Shown: piece after piece, positions 22,417-32,500 of the stretch | How positions within the stretch are numbered: the stretch's first letter is position 1 | Layout: the number at the start of each line of letters is the position of its first letter | Source: a virus | Virus record (IMG/VR): IMGVR_UViG_3300045988_041382 | Location: 9,104-73,103 of that record | Reading direction: 5' to 3' (one strand) | DNA length: 64,000 nt | Notes under the pieces: model-generated | The model's input: the letters and a program-made list of their open reading frames with translations, nothing else | What the model was told of the DNA's origin: nothing | Database searches by the model: none | Made by a program: the position numbers and the translations under genes

Positions 22417-23319
22417 TCATTTCACCAGCTCCCACGTGCCGCACGTTCCTGTGCTGTTCATGATCTTCACCAGCAGCTCACCGGGTGTGGGGTTCGCCGA
22501 CTCTGCGGGCTTGTCCGCGCCGGAAGTATCCTCCATCCAGTTCAGCGTTCCTTTGTACTCGTACTGGATGCCGCTGGTATTGCCGCTGACAGTGACATTT
22601 GTGACCTCGTACACATAGCCAAGGGACGGGTTGACCAGAAAATCTCCGGCCCTGTATGCAGCGTAATAAGTGGACATCGAGGATGCCGCGCCGTTTTGCG
22701 GCGTATTGGCGAAGGTTTCCCACCAGCACGTGCCGCGCTCGTCCTCCTCCACATACGGAATACCGAACCACTCACACAGCCCCTTGGCCGCGCTCTCGGC
22801 GATCTCCTTCATGTGGCTATGGAACCATGTGGCATCCTCCATGTTGTCGTGAAACACGTGCTCTTCGTAGTAGCTCACCGCCTTTGGCTTGTAAAGCTCG
22901 TACCACTTGGAGCTGGCCACCAGCTTCACCGTGCCCGGGTAAATCTGCTTCCGGTACTTCACCATGATCTGACCGAGTTTCTTACCCTTGCTGGAGTAGG
23001 TGTAGTACATGGGGTGACAGCCCTGCGCCTTGCCGTTAGCACTGGCGTTGGTGTGGCTGACGTAATGCACGTCCGCGTCCCACGCATCGCTCTCCCGCAC
23101 GTTCTGCTTCATGATGTCGTTGCCGTTGTCGCCGTTCATGGGTGTACGCCGATAGCCGCGCTTCGTCTCGATGCCGCAGCGGTTCAGGATCGGCTCCAGG
23201 ATGTCGATGTACTCGTTGTTCTCCAGTGCCTCATAGCACTGGTTCCCGTCCGGGCGGGGATATACACAGGGGTTTGCCCTGTGCATAGCCGGGGACAGGT
23301 AGACCTTCGGGGCGGCCAT
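22417..23319 (-). CDS. N-acetylmuramoyl-L-alanine amidase endolysin
   Basis: 300 aa, last gene of the late operon, directly after the holin. The N-terminal amidase-like region reads VYLSPAMH...VSHTNA...HVFHDN, followed by a C-terminal binding domain. Confidence 0.75.
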   Translation of the reverse strand: MAAPKVYLSPAMHRANPCVYPRPDGNQCYEALENNEYIDILEPILNRCGIETKRGYRRTPMNGDNGNDIMKQNVRESDAWDADVHYVSHTNASANGKAQGCHPMYYTYSSKGKKLGQIMVKYRKQIYPGTVKLVASSKWYELYKPKAVSYYEEHVFHDNMEDATWFHSHMKEIAESAAKGLCEWFGIPYVEEDERGTCWWETFANTPQNGAASSMSTYYAAYRAGDFLVNPSLGYVYEVTNVTVSGNTSGIQYEYKGTLNWMEDTSGADKPAESANPTPGELLVKIMNSTGTCGTWELVK

Positions 23320-23610
23320 TTACATGGCCTCCTCGTCGTTGGTAGACTTCATCTGCTTAAACACCTGATTAACGCCCGTTGCGGTCAGGCCGGACATAAT
23401 GCCAACGGCGACCGCCGTAAAGTAGTCCTCGGCGGGAAAATCCGGCATGTGGAATGCCAGCGCCAGCGCACCGATGATGCCGCCGCATACGCCGCAAATG
23501 ATGGGGATCCACTTGCTGTCCAGCGCCGTGGCCTTCACGACCATACCGATCAGATAGCAGATGACGATGATAGCGGCAACAGTGGCCACTCCGATAGTGT
23601 TGATGTCCAT
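23320..23610 (-). CDS. Holin
   Basis: MDINTIGVATVAAIIVICYLIGMVVKA... has 2-3 TM segments and a charged C-terminus. It abuts the endolysin. Confidence 0.75.
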   Translation of the reverse strand: MDINTIGVATVAAIIVICYLIGMVVKATALDSKWIPIICGVCGGIIGALALAFHMPDFPAEDYFTAVAVGIMSGLTATGVNQVFKQMKSTNDEEAM

Positions 23611-23663
23611 AGTTTTATCCTTTCCTTTCCGCGGCTCACGGCCGCACACAAAATGGTTGTTTC

Positions 23664-23885
23664 CTACTTCGCCTCCAGGTCGGCGATGCGATGATTGATG
23701 ACCTTGATCTGCTCCTCCACCACCGGCATTCGGCGGGCGTAGTTGTTGTGCTCCCGCACCTCCCGCGCCAGCTCCTCCAGCTTCGTCTCCATGACGGCCT
23801 GCTGTTTGCTGTTGGCGATCAGTACGCCCATCAGCGTCAGACCCCCGGTGATGATGGCCACGATAATCGTCTCTGTCATAGGCAA
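23664..23885 (-). CDS. XhlA-like lysis-associated membrane protein
   Basis: N-terminal TM segment (IIVAIITGGLTLMGVLIA) plus a coiled coil, as in XhlA family proteins. Confidence 0.6.
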   Translation of the reverse strand: MPMTETIIVAIITGGLTLMGVLIANSKQQAVMETKLEELAREVREHNNYARRMPVVEEQIKVINHRIADLEAK

Positions 23886-23995
23886 ATTTTCCTTTCCGGG
23901 CCTGCGCCCTGTCCGTTTATCTTCCGCTTTTGATCAGCGCCGCCGCCAGAAACCCCACCGACGCGCCGATCAGTAGGCACAAGACGTTCATAGAA

Positions 23996-24130
23996 CTACG
24001 CCTCCCCGTACTCCTCACCGGTGATCTCCTGATACTCCGCCGCCGTCAGCGCCGTCTTAACCACGGCGTTGCGGACCATCTCCTTCGTCCACAGGCCGAA
24101 TTTGTACCACGCTTTGATCTTCTCTTTCAT
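23996..24130 (-). CDS. XkdX family phage protein (44 aa)
   Basis: My translation is MKEKIKAWYKFGLWTKEMVRNAVVKTALTAAEYQEITGEEYGEA. Confidence 0.7.
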   Translation of the reverse strand: MKEKIKAWYKFGLWTKEMVRNAVVKTALTAAEYQEITGEEYGEA

Positions 24131-24133
24131 GGC

Positions 24134-24472
24134 TTATCCCTCCATCATTGTATCGGTCATCATCGCTGTATATGTGACCTGTGCTTCGATGCGGTCCAGC
24201 TGGGTCGGAGACGCCACCGTCTCCACTTTGATCTCTTCGCCGTTCTCCGCCGACACAACCTCCAGCCGGGTAAACGCCGGGATCAGTACCTTCTCCCCGT
24301 TCATGACGGCTTCGTGGGAGACCTCTGCTGTCTCAATTTCCACCCAGGGGAACTTTTCAGGCAGCGGCACTTGCTCCACATTCCAATATGCCTGTCCGTC
24401 CTGCATATCTCCGCCGAACTGTAAGGCACGGCTACCGTCAGGGTTTTTTTCGAGCTGAATAAATAATTCCAT
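24134..24472 (-). CDS. Hypothetical tail-fibre-associated protein
   Basis: 112-aa ORF between the fibre gene and XkdX. Confidence 0.55.
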   Translation of the reverse strand: MELFIQLEKNPDGSRALQFGGDMQDGQAYWNVEQVPLPEKFPWVEIETAEVSHEAVMNGEKVLIPAFTRLEVVSAENGEEIKVETVASPTQLDRIEAQVTYTAMMTDTMMEG

Positions 24473-24484
24473 AGCTGTACCTCC

Positions 24485-25348
24485 TCAAAAACTGATAATC
24501 AAGATATTGACATTTGCGCTGAATGTTGCCCCATTCTTTGCAACAATAGTCAATATCCCATCGTTTCGGCTATCAACGGCCAGTGCGGTATCTAAGAAAT
24601 CGCTGGACACCGCACTGGCGCGAAACTGCACAAAGCATGGGTGATTAGCTTTGATGCTCGCATTCTGATACTCAGCTTTTCCATTTGTAAATGATAGGTT
24701 ATGATTGTAAATGGCGACAATATGCGCAGAGGACAAAAGGCCGTACCCGTTGTACCTCACCACACCCTTGGGGATTTCGATCAGTCTGCTTGTATAGTCG
24801 GCAGAGTCGTCGTTGTAATGGAAGTCGATATATCCGCCGTTGCCGGCGGCCGCACCGGGAAACAGTTCAATGGTCGCGGGCGAAATATTTTTCCCACGAA
24901 TTATATCGTCATTAACTTCACTTGCCGTTCGCTTGTAAATCCAACCATCACTATCAATGGTAGCAAAATCCCCAGCTTTATCAGAAACTTCAGTAGTTCG
25001 CAGCCAAGTACCAGTAATATACTTACCCGTAAGACTACCTGTTAATGTACCACCAGAAGTTGGGAGGGCACCAACATCATTAGCAGACAGAGTAATATTA
25101 GAACTAAGCGCCTTCCCATTCACAGTACGAGCGGTTGGTACGGCTCCTACATCTGACGCTCCCAGCTCCACCGCTCCGGTTTTCTCGTTTACGCTCGTCA
25201 CCGGCGGCACATACGTCCCCGTGATCTGCTCCCCCGCCGCATTATGGGCCGTTGTCCCCGGCACCATCGCCTCCGGCGTCACATTATCGTTTCGCAGATC
25301 CACTATCGTTTCTCCATTTACCACCACGTGATTAACTTTTTTTGCCAT
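24485..25348 (-). CDS. Tail fibre protein
   Basis: 287 aa. Its position fits, and its N-terminal module is shared with 39922..40509. Confidence 0.6.
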   Translation of the reverse strand: MAKKVNHVVVNGETIVDLRNDNVTPEAMVPGTTAHNAAGEQITGTYVPPVTSVNEKTGAVELGASDVGAVPTARTVNGKALSSNITLSANDVGALPTSGGTLTGSLTGKYITGTWLRTTEVSDKAGDFATIDSDGWIYKRTASEVNDDIIRGKNISPATIELFPGAAAGNGGYIDFHYNDDSADYTSRLIEIPKGVVRYNGYGLLSSAHIVAIYNHNLSFTNGKAEYQNASIKANHPCFVQFRASAVSSDFLDTALAVDSRNDGILTIVAKNGATFSANVNILIISF

Positions 25349-27544
25349 TTACTGCGCTGCCTCCTTCCCGATATACACCGAAATACCGCCTTTACTGTTT
25401 TCAATCTCTGTATATGCCATGCCGTTGATACGCACCTGCCGCATCCCAATAAACCCGCTATCTGGGAATACGTTTTGTGTATTAAAAGATGAGTCCGCCG
25501 TTTTCAGTATCTGCAATGTACCGTTCTGTATCATGCCGCCGTTTGCCGGCTCACTGTAAAAATCGTCATCCTCCGTGATAACGATTCTCTTCCCTTCCGT
25601 CGATCCGATCTCCACCCATGGTATTGAAGCCGTCTGCGCTTGTTGCTGCGATGCGTCTAACGTGCTGATAGACACCTCTCCGGCGATCCTGATTTGTATC
25701 AGGTCGCCCTTTCTGTTCTTCAAAAACAGTGTGTTCCCCGTGGTGGAAAGGGCGTAGAGCTCCATCCGCAGGTCGTCCTTTTCCATGTACGCCGCGCCGC
25801 CGCCCACATACCCTATGTAGCCTGACAGCGTTCCGCTGCGGTAATTCACCGTGCTCAGCTGCACCGTGGGGTATGACGTAAAATTATCCAAAATGCCAGG
25901 ACTGTTGTTGTTCGGTATCGCCCCGCTGTTCACATTCAGGGAAAACCGGTACAACTTCTCCACGTGATACGTCCCATCTGATGTTTCTGTGCAGGATAAT
26001 ATGGACCAGTCCCATAGGCACACCATGATCTGGTTGGTGGTCATAGGTGTAAGGGCAAACGTCCCATTACCCACGCCAAATATGTAATATGTATACGTGC
26101 CCTGCGACACAGCGCTGCAATCCCAGATGCTCAGCTGGTCCGCCGCCGCCCGACCTATCTTCCTAAACTCTCCCGTGTCCGTGGTCTCCCGGTATATCTC
26201 CCACCCTGTAATACCTGCCGCCAACTGGACGCTGCCGCCGCTCAGCCCATTGATAAAATCCGCCAGCATATATGTGCTGCTGTCGAAATTCGGGGTCTCC
26301 CCCTCCTGGATAGCGCCTTTCTTGATCCACAGTGCGCTGCACGTCTGTGCGCCCGTCAGCTGCACCGTCTCCACCACTTCCACATTCTTGTACTGTGCCG
26401 GGTTCGGCTGTCCAGTTCTCCAACTCGTTCCGGCTGCCTGATCCTTCCCTTGGTCATCCTTGTAGTACACGGTGATGATCGTACTCTCCACGTCGTGACC
26501 GATCATATTGGCGGTATATACCACCGTCGCGCCCTCTCTGCGTGCGTACTGTTTGAGATTTTCCGGGAACGCCAAACTGTAGGAGGTGCTGGCTCCCAAC
26601 CCATTCTCACCGCTGACGATAAACGGGGTCCAGTTGTTTCCTACGATGCTGCCGCGCCACTGTATGCCCCAGTCACCCTTGAATCCCAGTCCGTTAGAGG
26701 CTCCTCCTATGCCGTCCCATATTACCTTGGAATCCCGGGGCAGGGTGAGAACGCCGTTTTCTATGGTATACGTTCCCTCCGCTTTCCCCTGTATCTCCAC
26801 CGCCGCCGGCCACTGAATGAAAACGCCGCTCTTCTCCTTCCCCACCACCGCCGTGGCTGTACCGCTGTACTTCTGCGTCTCATACGACACAGAGAAGGAC
26901 TTCCACCCCGTGTCGGCAATCTTCCCGTCAGTGCTCTCCACCTGGCAGCGAATGTCATATTCCACGCCGTTGAAAAGCTCATCGTAAGTCAGCTTCATCT
27001 GCGCTGTAAACAGCGCTCCCGTGTCCAGCAGCATCTCATCCGCTCCGGCGCGCCGCAGCATCCAGCGCACCCACACGGGAGATGCGTATTGATAGGTAGC
27101 CGTCCATGTGGCGCTCTTGCTTGTCACCGGATCGGCAAATGCGTCTATGGTCAACTCCGCCGTCTCTCTGCACCGGAACACCGACGCGCTTTGCTGCGTC
27201 ACGCTCTCCGTGTCGGACCACCATTGTGTGATGACCAGCTTGTAGTCCTTTCCGTTGTGCATTCCTGCGCTTTGCAGCGCCGCAGCACCGATGCTGTACG
27301 CAAACCGCACCACGTTTCCGTTGGCATTCCTCCCGTAAAATGGGCAGTTGTCTGTTCTCTTACCCGTGTCGTAGACCTTGGTGCTCAGTGAGTCGTTCTC
27401 GTATATCCGTATCTGAAACGCCTGCATGGCGCTGTTGCCGTTCACCTGCCACGAGATGTTCAGCCCGTTATTCAGATCCACCGTCCCGTCGCCCCACGCC
27501 CCCATTGTAGAAGGACTTACGTTCGTCGGCATATAAAGCGCCAT
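25349..27544 (-). CDS. Tail-tip / receptor-binding structural protein
   Basis: About 731 aa. The start MALYMPTNV follows RBS aaaaggagagaaaact. It sits downstream of the distal tail protein. Confidence 0.65.
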   Translation of the reverse strand: MALYMPTNVSPSTMGAWGDGTVDLNNGLNISWQVNGNSAMQAFQIRIYENDSLSTKVYDTGKRTDNCPFYGRNANGNVVRFAYSIGAAALQSAGMHNGKDYKLVITQWWSDTESVTQQSASVFRCRETAELTIDAFADPVTSKSATWTATYQYASPVWVRWMLRRAGADEMLLDTGALFTAQMKLTYDELFNGVEYDIRCQVESTDGKIADTGWKSFSVSYETQKYSGTATAVVGKEKSGVFIQWPAAVEIQGKAEGTYTIENGVLTLPRDSKVIWDGIGGASNGLGFKGDWGIQWRGSIVGNNWTPFIVSGENGLGASTSYSLAFPENLKQYARREGATVVYTANMIGHDVESTIITVYYKDDQGKDQAAGTSWRTGQPNPAQYKNVEVVETVQLTGAQTCSALWIKKGAIQEGETPNFDSSTYMLADFINGLSGGSVQLAAGITGWEIYRETTDTGEFRKIGRAAADQLSIWDCSAVSQGTYTYYIFGVGNGTFALTPMTTNQIMVCLWDWSILSCTETSDGTYHVEKLYRFSLNVNSGAIPNNNSPGILDNFTSYPTVQLSTVNYRSGTLSGYIGYVGGGAAYMEKDDLRMELYALSTTGNTLFLKNRKGDLIQIRIAGEVSISTLDASQQQAQTASIPWVEIGSTEGKRIVITEDDDFYSEPANGGMIQNGTLQILKTADSSFNTQNVFPDSGFIGMRQVRINGMAYTEIENSKGGISVYIGKEAAQ

Positions 27545-27560
27545 AGTTTTCTCTCCTTTT

Positions 27561-29000
27561 TTACACAAACGAGTGCGTATAGTGTGCGCATCTGCTTATC
27601 ATCATTACGGATGACCCGGCTACACCGGCGTTGGTGTCATACCCCACCGTTGTATTTCCCAGCGGCGTGAGGAATGTATGCTCTGTCGCGCCAGACGCCA
27701 GCTGGTACTCCTGCGTGCCGCAGCTCAATCGGCTGCCCGCCGGCGCGATCAGCGTCACCGCCGCCGTATACCCGGCGCTGTTGGGCAGGTCGTTCACCGA
27801 CACCGCCGAAATGGTCATCGCGCCGTTGGATGCCAGCGGTCTGGAGAAGCCCATGACCAAATGCCGTTCTATGGGTTTTCCCGGCTTGTCCGTCCGCACA
27901 ATCGTCACCAGTTCGTTCTCCTGTATGTGAAATATCTGGCTGCACGTCACCGCCACGTTTTTCTTCAGCGCCGCGCTCCGCTTCACATTCCACACCGCCA
28001 GATCGCCGCACTGTGTAACTGTGGCAAACCCCGACTTCAACTCGAACTTTGTCTTGATGCCGATCAGGTTCACATTCACATCGCTCACCGGGTCTATCAC
28101 GCTGCTGCGTCCCACCGGCTGCGTTCCGTTCTCCAGCGTGTCACCCACCACGATGTAGTCGTTGTAAACCTCCGCCGGCTTGTCCGTATACGACAGGCTG
28201 CACAGCTCCGCCTGCCCCATGGAGAACTCATAGCACACCGGCTTGCTTTCGTCTGAAATGTCATCCTGGCTGGCATCTATCCGCAGCCGTCCCGCCGCGT
28301 CGTAGCCTACCCAAGCGTTCAACATCTCCGTGAAGCCCAATATCACGGCGGCATACGTGCCGCTTTCCGGGTTCACTGTCAGCGTGTACGGCGCGTCCAC
28401 CAGGTTGGCCATCGTTCCGTCCGCCAGTTCCTGGGTTTTTCCGTTGTAATACTCTGTGTATACCGGCGCTACCGGATCAACCAGCCGCCCGTTGCCCTTC
28501 TCCGTCCGTAGCAGCGCATTGATCTGCTGGAAGATGTTTGCGCCCAACAATCCCTGGTATGTACCGTCCAGATAGCCCCACAGCGTCCCGTCCAGATTGG
28601 CCCATTTGTCCACCAGCTTATAGGTGATGGTCCGCTTGGCCGGTTCTACGCTCTCCGTAGGCTCCTGCAGCAGGAAAACGCCCTGCTGCAGGTAATACGG
28701 TTCTCCGCTCGGCAGCACCAGTCCCTCGTCCAGCGCGATCTCCTGCCCAAACCACAAGCTGTTGACCTGATAGGCAAACACCTGGTCCACGCCGTCCAGC
28801 GTCACGGAGACCGTCCGCCGCACCCCGTTTTGGAGGTTCACAGACAAACTGCCCTCCGCGATAAAGGCTTTGCTGTGCGGATTTTTGGAATCATTATCCA
28901 CCGAAAAGGCCGTGCTGCCGTCCCAGTTCAGAAACCGCAGCCGGCACACCTTCTGAAACGGGCGCTTCAGCGCCTCCAGATATGCACTGAACTCCGCCAT
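27561..29000 (-). CDS. Distal tail protein-like structural protein
   Basis: 479 aa. It lies between the tape-measure region and the tail-tip gene. Confidence 0.55.
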   Translation of the reverse strand: MAEFSAYLEALKRPFQKVCRLRFLNWDGSTAFSVDNDSKNPHSKAFIAEGSLSVNLQNGVRRTVSVTLDGVDQVFAYQVNSLWFGQEIALDEGLVLPSGEPYYLQQGVFLLQEPTESVEPAKRTITYKLVDKWANLDGTLWGYLDGTYQGLLGANIFQQINALLRTEKGNGRLVDPVAPVYTEYYNGKTQELADGTMANLVDAPYTLTVNPESGTYAAVILGFTEMLNAWVGYDAAGRLRIDASQDDISDESKPVCYEFSMGQAELCSLSYTDKPAEVYNDYIVVGDTLENGTQPVGRSSVIDPVSDVNVNLIGIKTKFELKSGFATVTQCGDLAVWNVKRSAALKKNVAVTCSQIFHIQENELVTIVRTDKPGKPIERHLVMGFSRPLASNGAMTISAVSVNDLPNSAGYTAAVTLIAPAGSRLSCGTQEYQLASGATEHTFLTPLGNTTVGYDTNAGVAGSSVMMISRCAHYTHSFV

Positions 29001-29019
29001 GCGCCGTCCCTCCGTTTCG

Positions 29020-29211
29020 TCACCGCTTTCTCTTCTCCTGCGCCGCGATCAGTTTCTCGCAGTCCTCCTCCGAAACACTCCGCAGCTCCCGGATCTCCGG
29101 GTTGTTCTTCCGATACTGAGCCTCCCGCGTAACATAGTACCGTCCCGTCATCCCCGTCACCGGGATCTGCTTTCCGCTTTTCATCACCAGCACATATCGC
29201 TTCTTTGCCAT
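29020..29211 (-). CDS. Hypothetical 63-aa basic protein with its own early-type promoter
   Basis: Translation starts MAKKRYVLVMKSGKQIPVTG... A cccTTGACAcgg motif lies 36 nt upstream of the ATG on the minus strand. Confidence 0.55.
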   Translation of the reverse strand: MAKKRYVLVMKSGKQIPVTGMTGRYYVTREAQYRKNNPEIRELRSVSEEDCEKLIAAQEKRKR

Positions 29212-29243
29212 AGTCTTTTTCCTCCATCACATCATGATGCACC

Positions 29244-29280
29244 CCGTGTCAAGGGAATTTCTCTAAAAAATTTTACAGGT
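29244..29280 (-). promoter_or_regulatory. cccTTGACAcgg motif copy (minus strand) inside the tail module
   Basis: The minus strand reads cctgtaaaattttttagagaaattcccttgacacgg. Confidence 0.45.
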
Positions 29281-29572
29281 TGCTCCCGTCCGGGAACATA
29301 AATACTTTGTGGTTGTTCAGGTTCACCCCGTCGCCAAACACCAGCACCACCACGCTGTCGCCCACCTTCGCGTTGGCCATGGACGCCACGTAGCCCACCT
29401 GCGACGCCGCCGCGTCAAAGGGCCGTTTCACAGCCAGTTTTCCGCCGCTGGCTGCCGCCGTCACCGTCGCCGTGTAATACCGCAGCATGGGCCGCTGGCT
29501 TTCCTGTACCCTCTTAGCAAAAAATCTGCTCCACAGCGTGGCGGCAAATTCCGCCAGTGTTTTGTTCACCAT
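29273..29572 (-). CDS. Hypothetical tail protein
   Basis: 99-aa ORF directly downstream of the tape measure gene. Confidence 0.55.
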   Translation of the reverse strand: MVNKTLAEFAATLWSRFFAKRVQESQRPMLRYYTATVTAAASGGKLAVKRPFDAAASQVGYVASMANAKVGDSVVVLVFGDGVNLNNHKVFMFPDGSNL

Positions 29573-29587
29573 GCGCCAAAGCCTCCT

Positions 29588-32500
29588 TTACCATCCGTTG
29601 AATACCTGCCCCTGAAACGCCGCCATGTTCAGCTGCCGCACGATCTGCTCCATAGGCAGTTTTGCCATGTCCGTGCTGATAGGCACGCCGTTTACACAGT
29701 ACGAAATGTCGTGGCTGTCCGTGGAGTTGTTGGTCACGCCCGCCAGGCTCTTTCCGTAGGGCGTCCTGTCGTTCAGTGCCAGCCGCATCGCGGCGATGAC
29801 CTCCGTCGCCCTGCTGTCAGAAGATGGCATAAGCAGCTTTCGGGTCACATCCGGCGGCAGCACCATTTCGTCATCCACCGTGGCCTTGATGCCGCCCAGT
29901 CCATGCAGCACACCGCCGCTGTCGTATCTGGAGACCTTGTTTGTGTTCTTTCCGCCGCCCAGCGTGCCCCTGCCGCCAGACGGTTTCTTTGTGCCGGAGC
30001 CGGACGTACTCCCACCGCTGCCTGTGTCCTTTTTTGTCACGCCGTCCAGTTTCCCTACGGTGGTTTTGTTGTAGTCTTTCGAAGGCTCCGCCGTTTTGTT
30101 GAAATTGTCTTTGACCGTTTCGGACGAGCTCTTCGCGGCTTTTTTCGCTTGCCGCATGGCCTCGTATGAGCCCACACCGCGGCTCATCCACATATCGTAT
30201 ACGGCTCTCTGTTCCGGTGTCAGTAGTGCAAGGTCTCTGTCGAGGTTCGCCAAGGCATCGTTTTCCTTTTTGCGGTTGGCCTCGATGATCTTATTAACGT
30301 CATCCGCATTTCCGCCATTGTCTACGTTGCCGCTGCCGCTACCTGTGTTACTTCCTCCAGTATTGCCGCTGTTCTGGATCTCCTGTTTCTTGTCCTCGTA
30401 GTCCTGGGCCGCGTCCAGCAGCTTCTGGTACACCTTCAGCATCTCCTGATAATAGGTCTCCCAGTCGCCCCTGCTGGCCGCCAGCAGCGCCTTCTCCGTC
30501 TCCACGTCGCCGTTCAGCTCGTCTATCAGTTTCTGCCACGTGTCTATCTTGAGCTGATACGCAGCCTCAATGGCCTTTTTACGGGCTTCCAGCTCCTCAA
30601 TAGCCAGTTCCCGCTCCGTGTCGCGCTCATAGTCCCGCAGGTCCTTCTTGGCGTCCTCCAGTGCCTCCTCGGCGTCCTTGACCTTCTGTGCGTCCGCCAC
30701 CCATTCCCATTGTCCCGTGGCGGCGTTATACTGCCGCACCGTCCGTTCGTTCCGGGCGTTCAAAAGCTCATCCTGCTTTTTCAGGATGTTCAGCTTCAGC
30801 TCTTCCAGCTTTTCGCTTCGCTCCGTCTCCTCGTTCTGCTTCTTCAGAGCGTCTATCTGCTCATCAATGGCATCCGTCTCCGCGTCCCGCTGCCTCTTGA
30901 TGGCGTCGATGGTGGCCTGTGCCGCCTTTTTCTTGGCGTTATCCAGTTCGTTCTGCTTAGACTTCGCCGCGCTGCCGGAGCTTCCGCCGCCGGACGGCAC
31001 GTAAGAGCTTCCTCCGGAGGGGGTATACGATGTGCCGCCCCAACCGCCCGACGGTGCGGTGGAGGTCATGTTGCCAAACTGGTACAGCATCGACGACTGT
31101 GTCCTGCGAAGCGCTTCCGCGTAGGCCGCCTCATAGCTGCTGTATTTGCCGCTCTGCATCAACCCCGCCGCCGTCCTTTTCAGGTTGGTTTCGTTGATAC
31201 CTGCCAGCGCGAAGGTGTTCGCCAGCGCGTTCCCGGCGTAGCCGGCCTGCGTTGCCAGCTGTTGCAAAGCCATGATCTGCTGGCTGAAATTGAGCTTCGT
31301 GTTGCTGGCGGTGATCTGCGCCGCCACCAGATCATAAAGCTCCTTCTCCGTCTTTCCGCTCTGCTGCGCCTCCTCGACGAGCCCGCTAACATATTTCGCT
31401 GTTGCATCGCTGGCAACGCCCAATATCTGCTGCACCCGGTCGTAGGCAGCCACCAGCTCCCGCTGCTCATCGGTAACTTCATAACCCGCCAGTATCGCCG
31501 CGCGGATGGTTTCTACGCTTTCTTCGCGGGCCGCGTTCAGCTGCTCCAGCGCGTCATAATACGCACCTGCGGACATTTCGCCGATCTGATACTGCGCCGC
31601 GATTTCCGCCAATTCTTCCCGGTAGTCCCGCAGCGCCACGATGTCCATGCGCTCCGTTTTTACCGCACCAACGCCCAGACCACCGCCAACGCCCTCGGCA
31701 CCGCCGACTACCGCGCTTGCGCCGCTGCCGTGAGCAGCGTTCCACGCCTCCCACGCCGTTTTTTTCGCCGCATCCAACTGCTTTTCCTGCTCTTGGCGCA
31801 GCTCCTTCAGGACTTCCAGCCGCTTCTTTTCCTCGGCGGTCAGTTCTCCGGTCTTGTTGATCAGCTCGTCATATTCACTTTTCGTCTCATCCAGCGCACC
31901 TTGCGCCGTCTCCACATCCTCCAGCGCCTTTTCATAAGCCCGCGCCTTTTCCGTACTCAGGCTGATTGCCGCCGCCAGCGCTGCAAAAATCGCCGTTCCG
32001 ATGCCGATTTGCGGCAGAATAGCCACCAGCGATTTCAGTTGTCCGATGAGTTGGGTGGTGGCCATCGCGTTTCCTTCGATGGCGGAGGACAGCGTGCCAA
32101 AGAACGTCCCCACAGCCGTTTTGGTCATAAGGGAGGTAAAGCCCTTGTTCAAAAGCGACAGTGTGCCCACCAGCAAGCCCATCTGCACAACGAGCCGCCC
32201 GGTATCGCTGTCCAAAAACTCCACCAGCCCGATCACGCCGTCCAGCGCACCCTTGATAGTATCCGTCTCCACCAGATTGCTGACGAACTGCGTCCACTTG
32301 TTGTGCAGTATCTCTGTCTTGCGGGTCCAGCTATCCAGCGCGTTTTCTACTTCCTTGTCCGCGCTGCCCGCCGCGTCAGCAAAATCTCCCAGCATAGACT
32401 GGTACATATCCCAGTTCTGGATCAGTGCCAGCAGCTGGGAGGTACGCAGCTTGCCGCCGATGTCGCTGACCATCTCCATAAGCTGCTGCTCCGTCAGCAG

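Noticed and set aside
22417-29000. A diversity-generating retroelement acting on the fibre or receptor-binding genes.
   Set aside because: There is no reverse transcriptase ORF anywhere in the window, and I could not find a template-repeat/variable-repeat pair.
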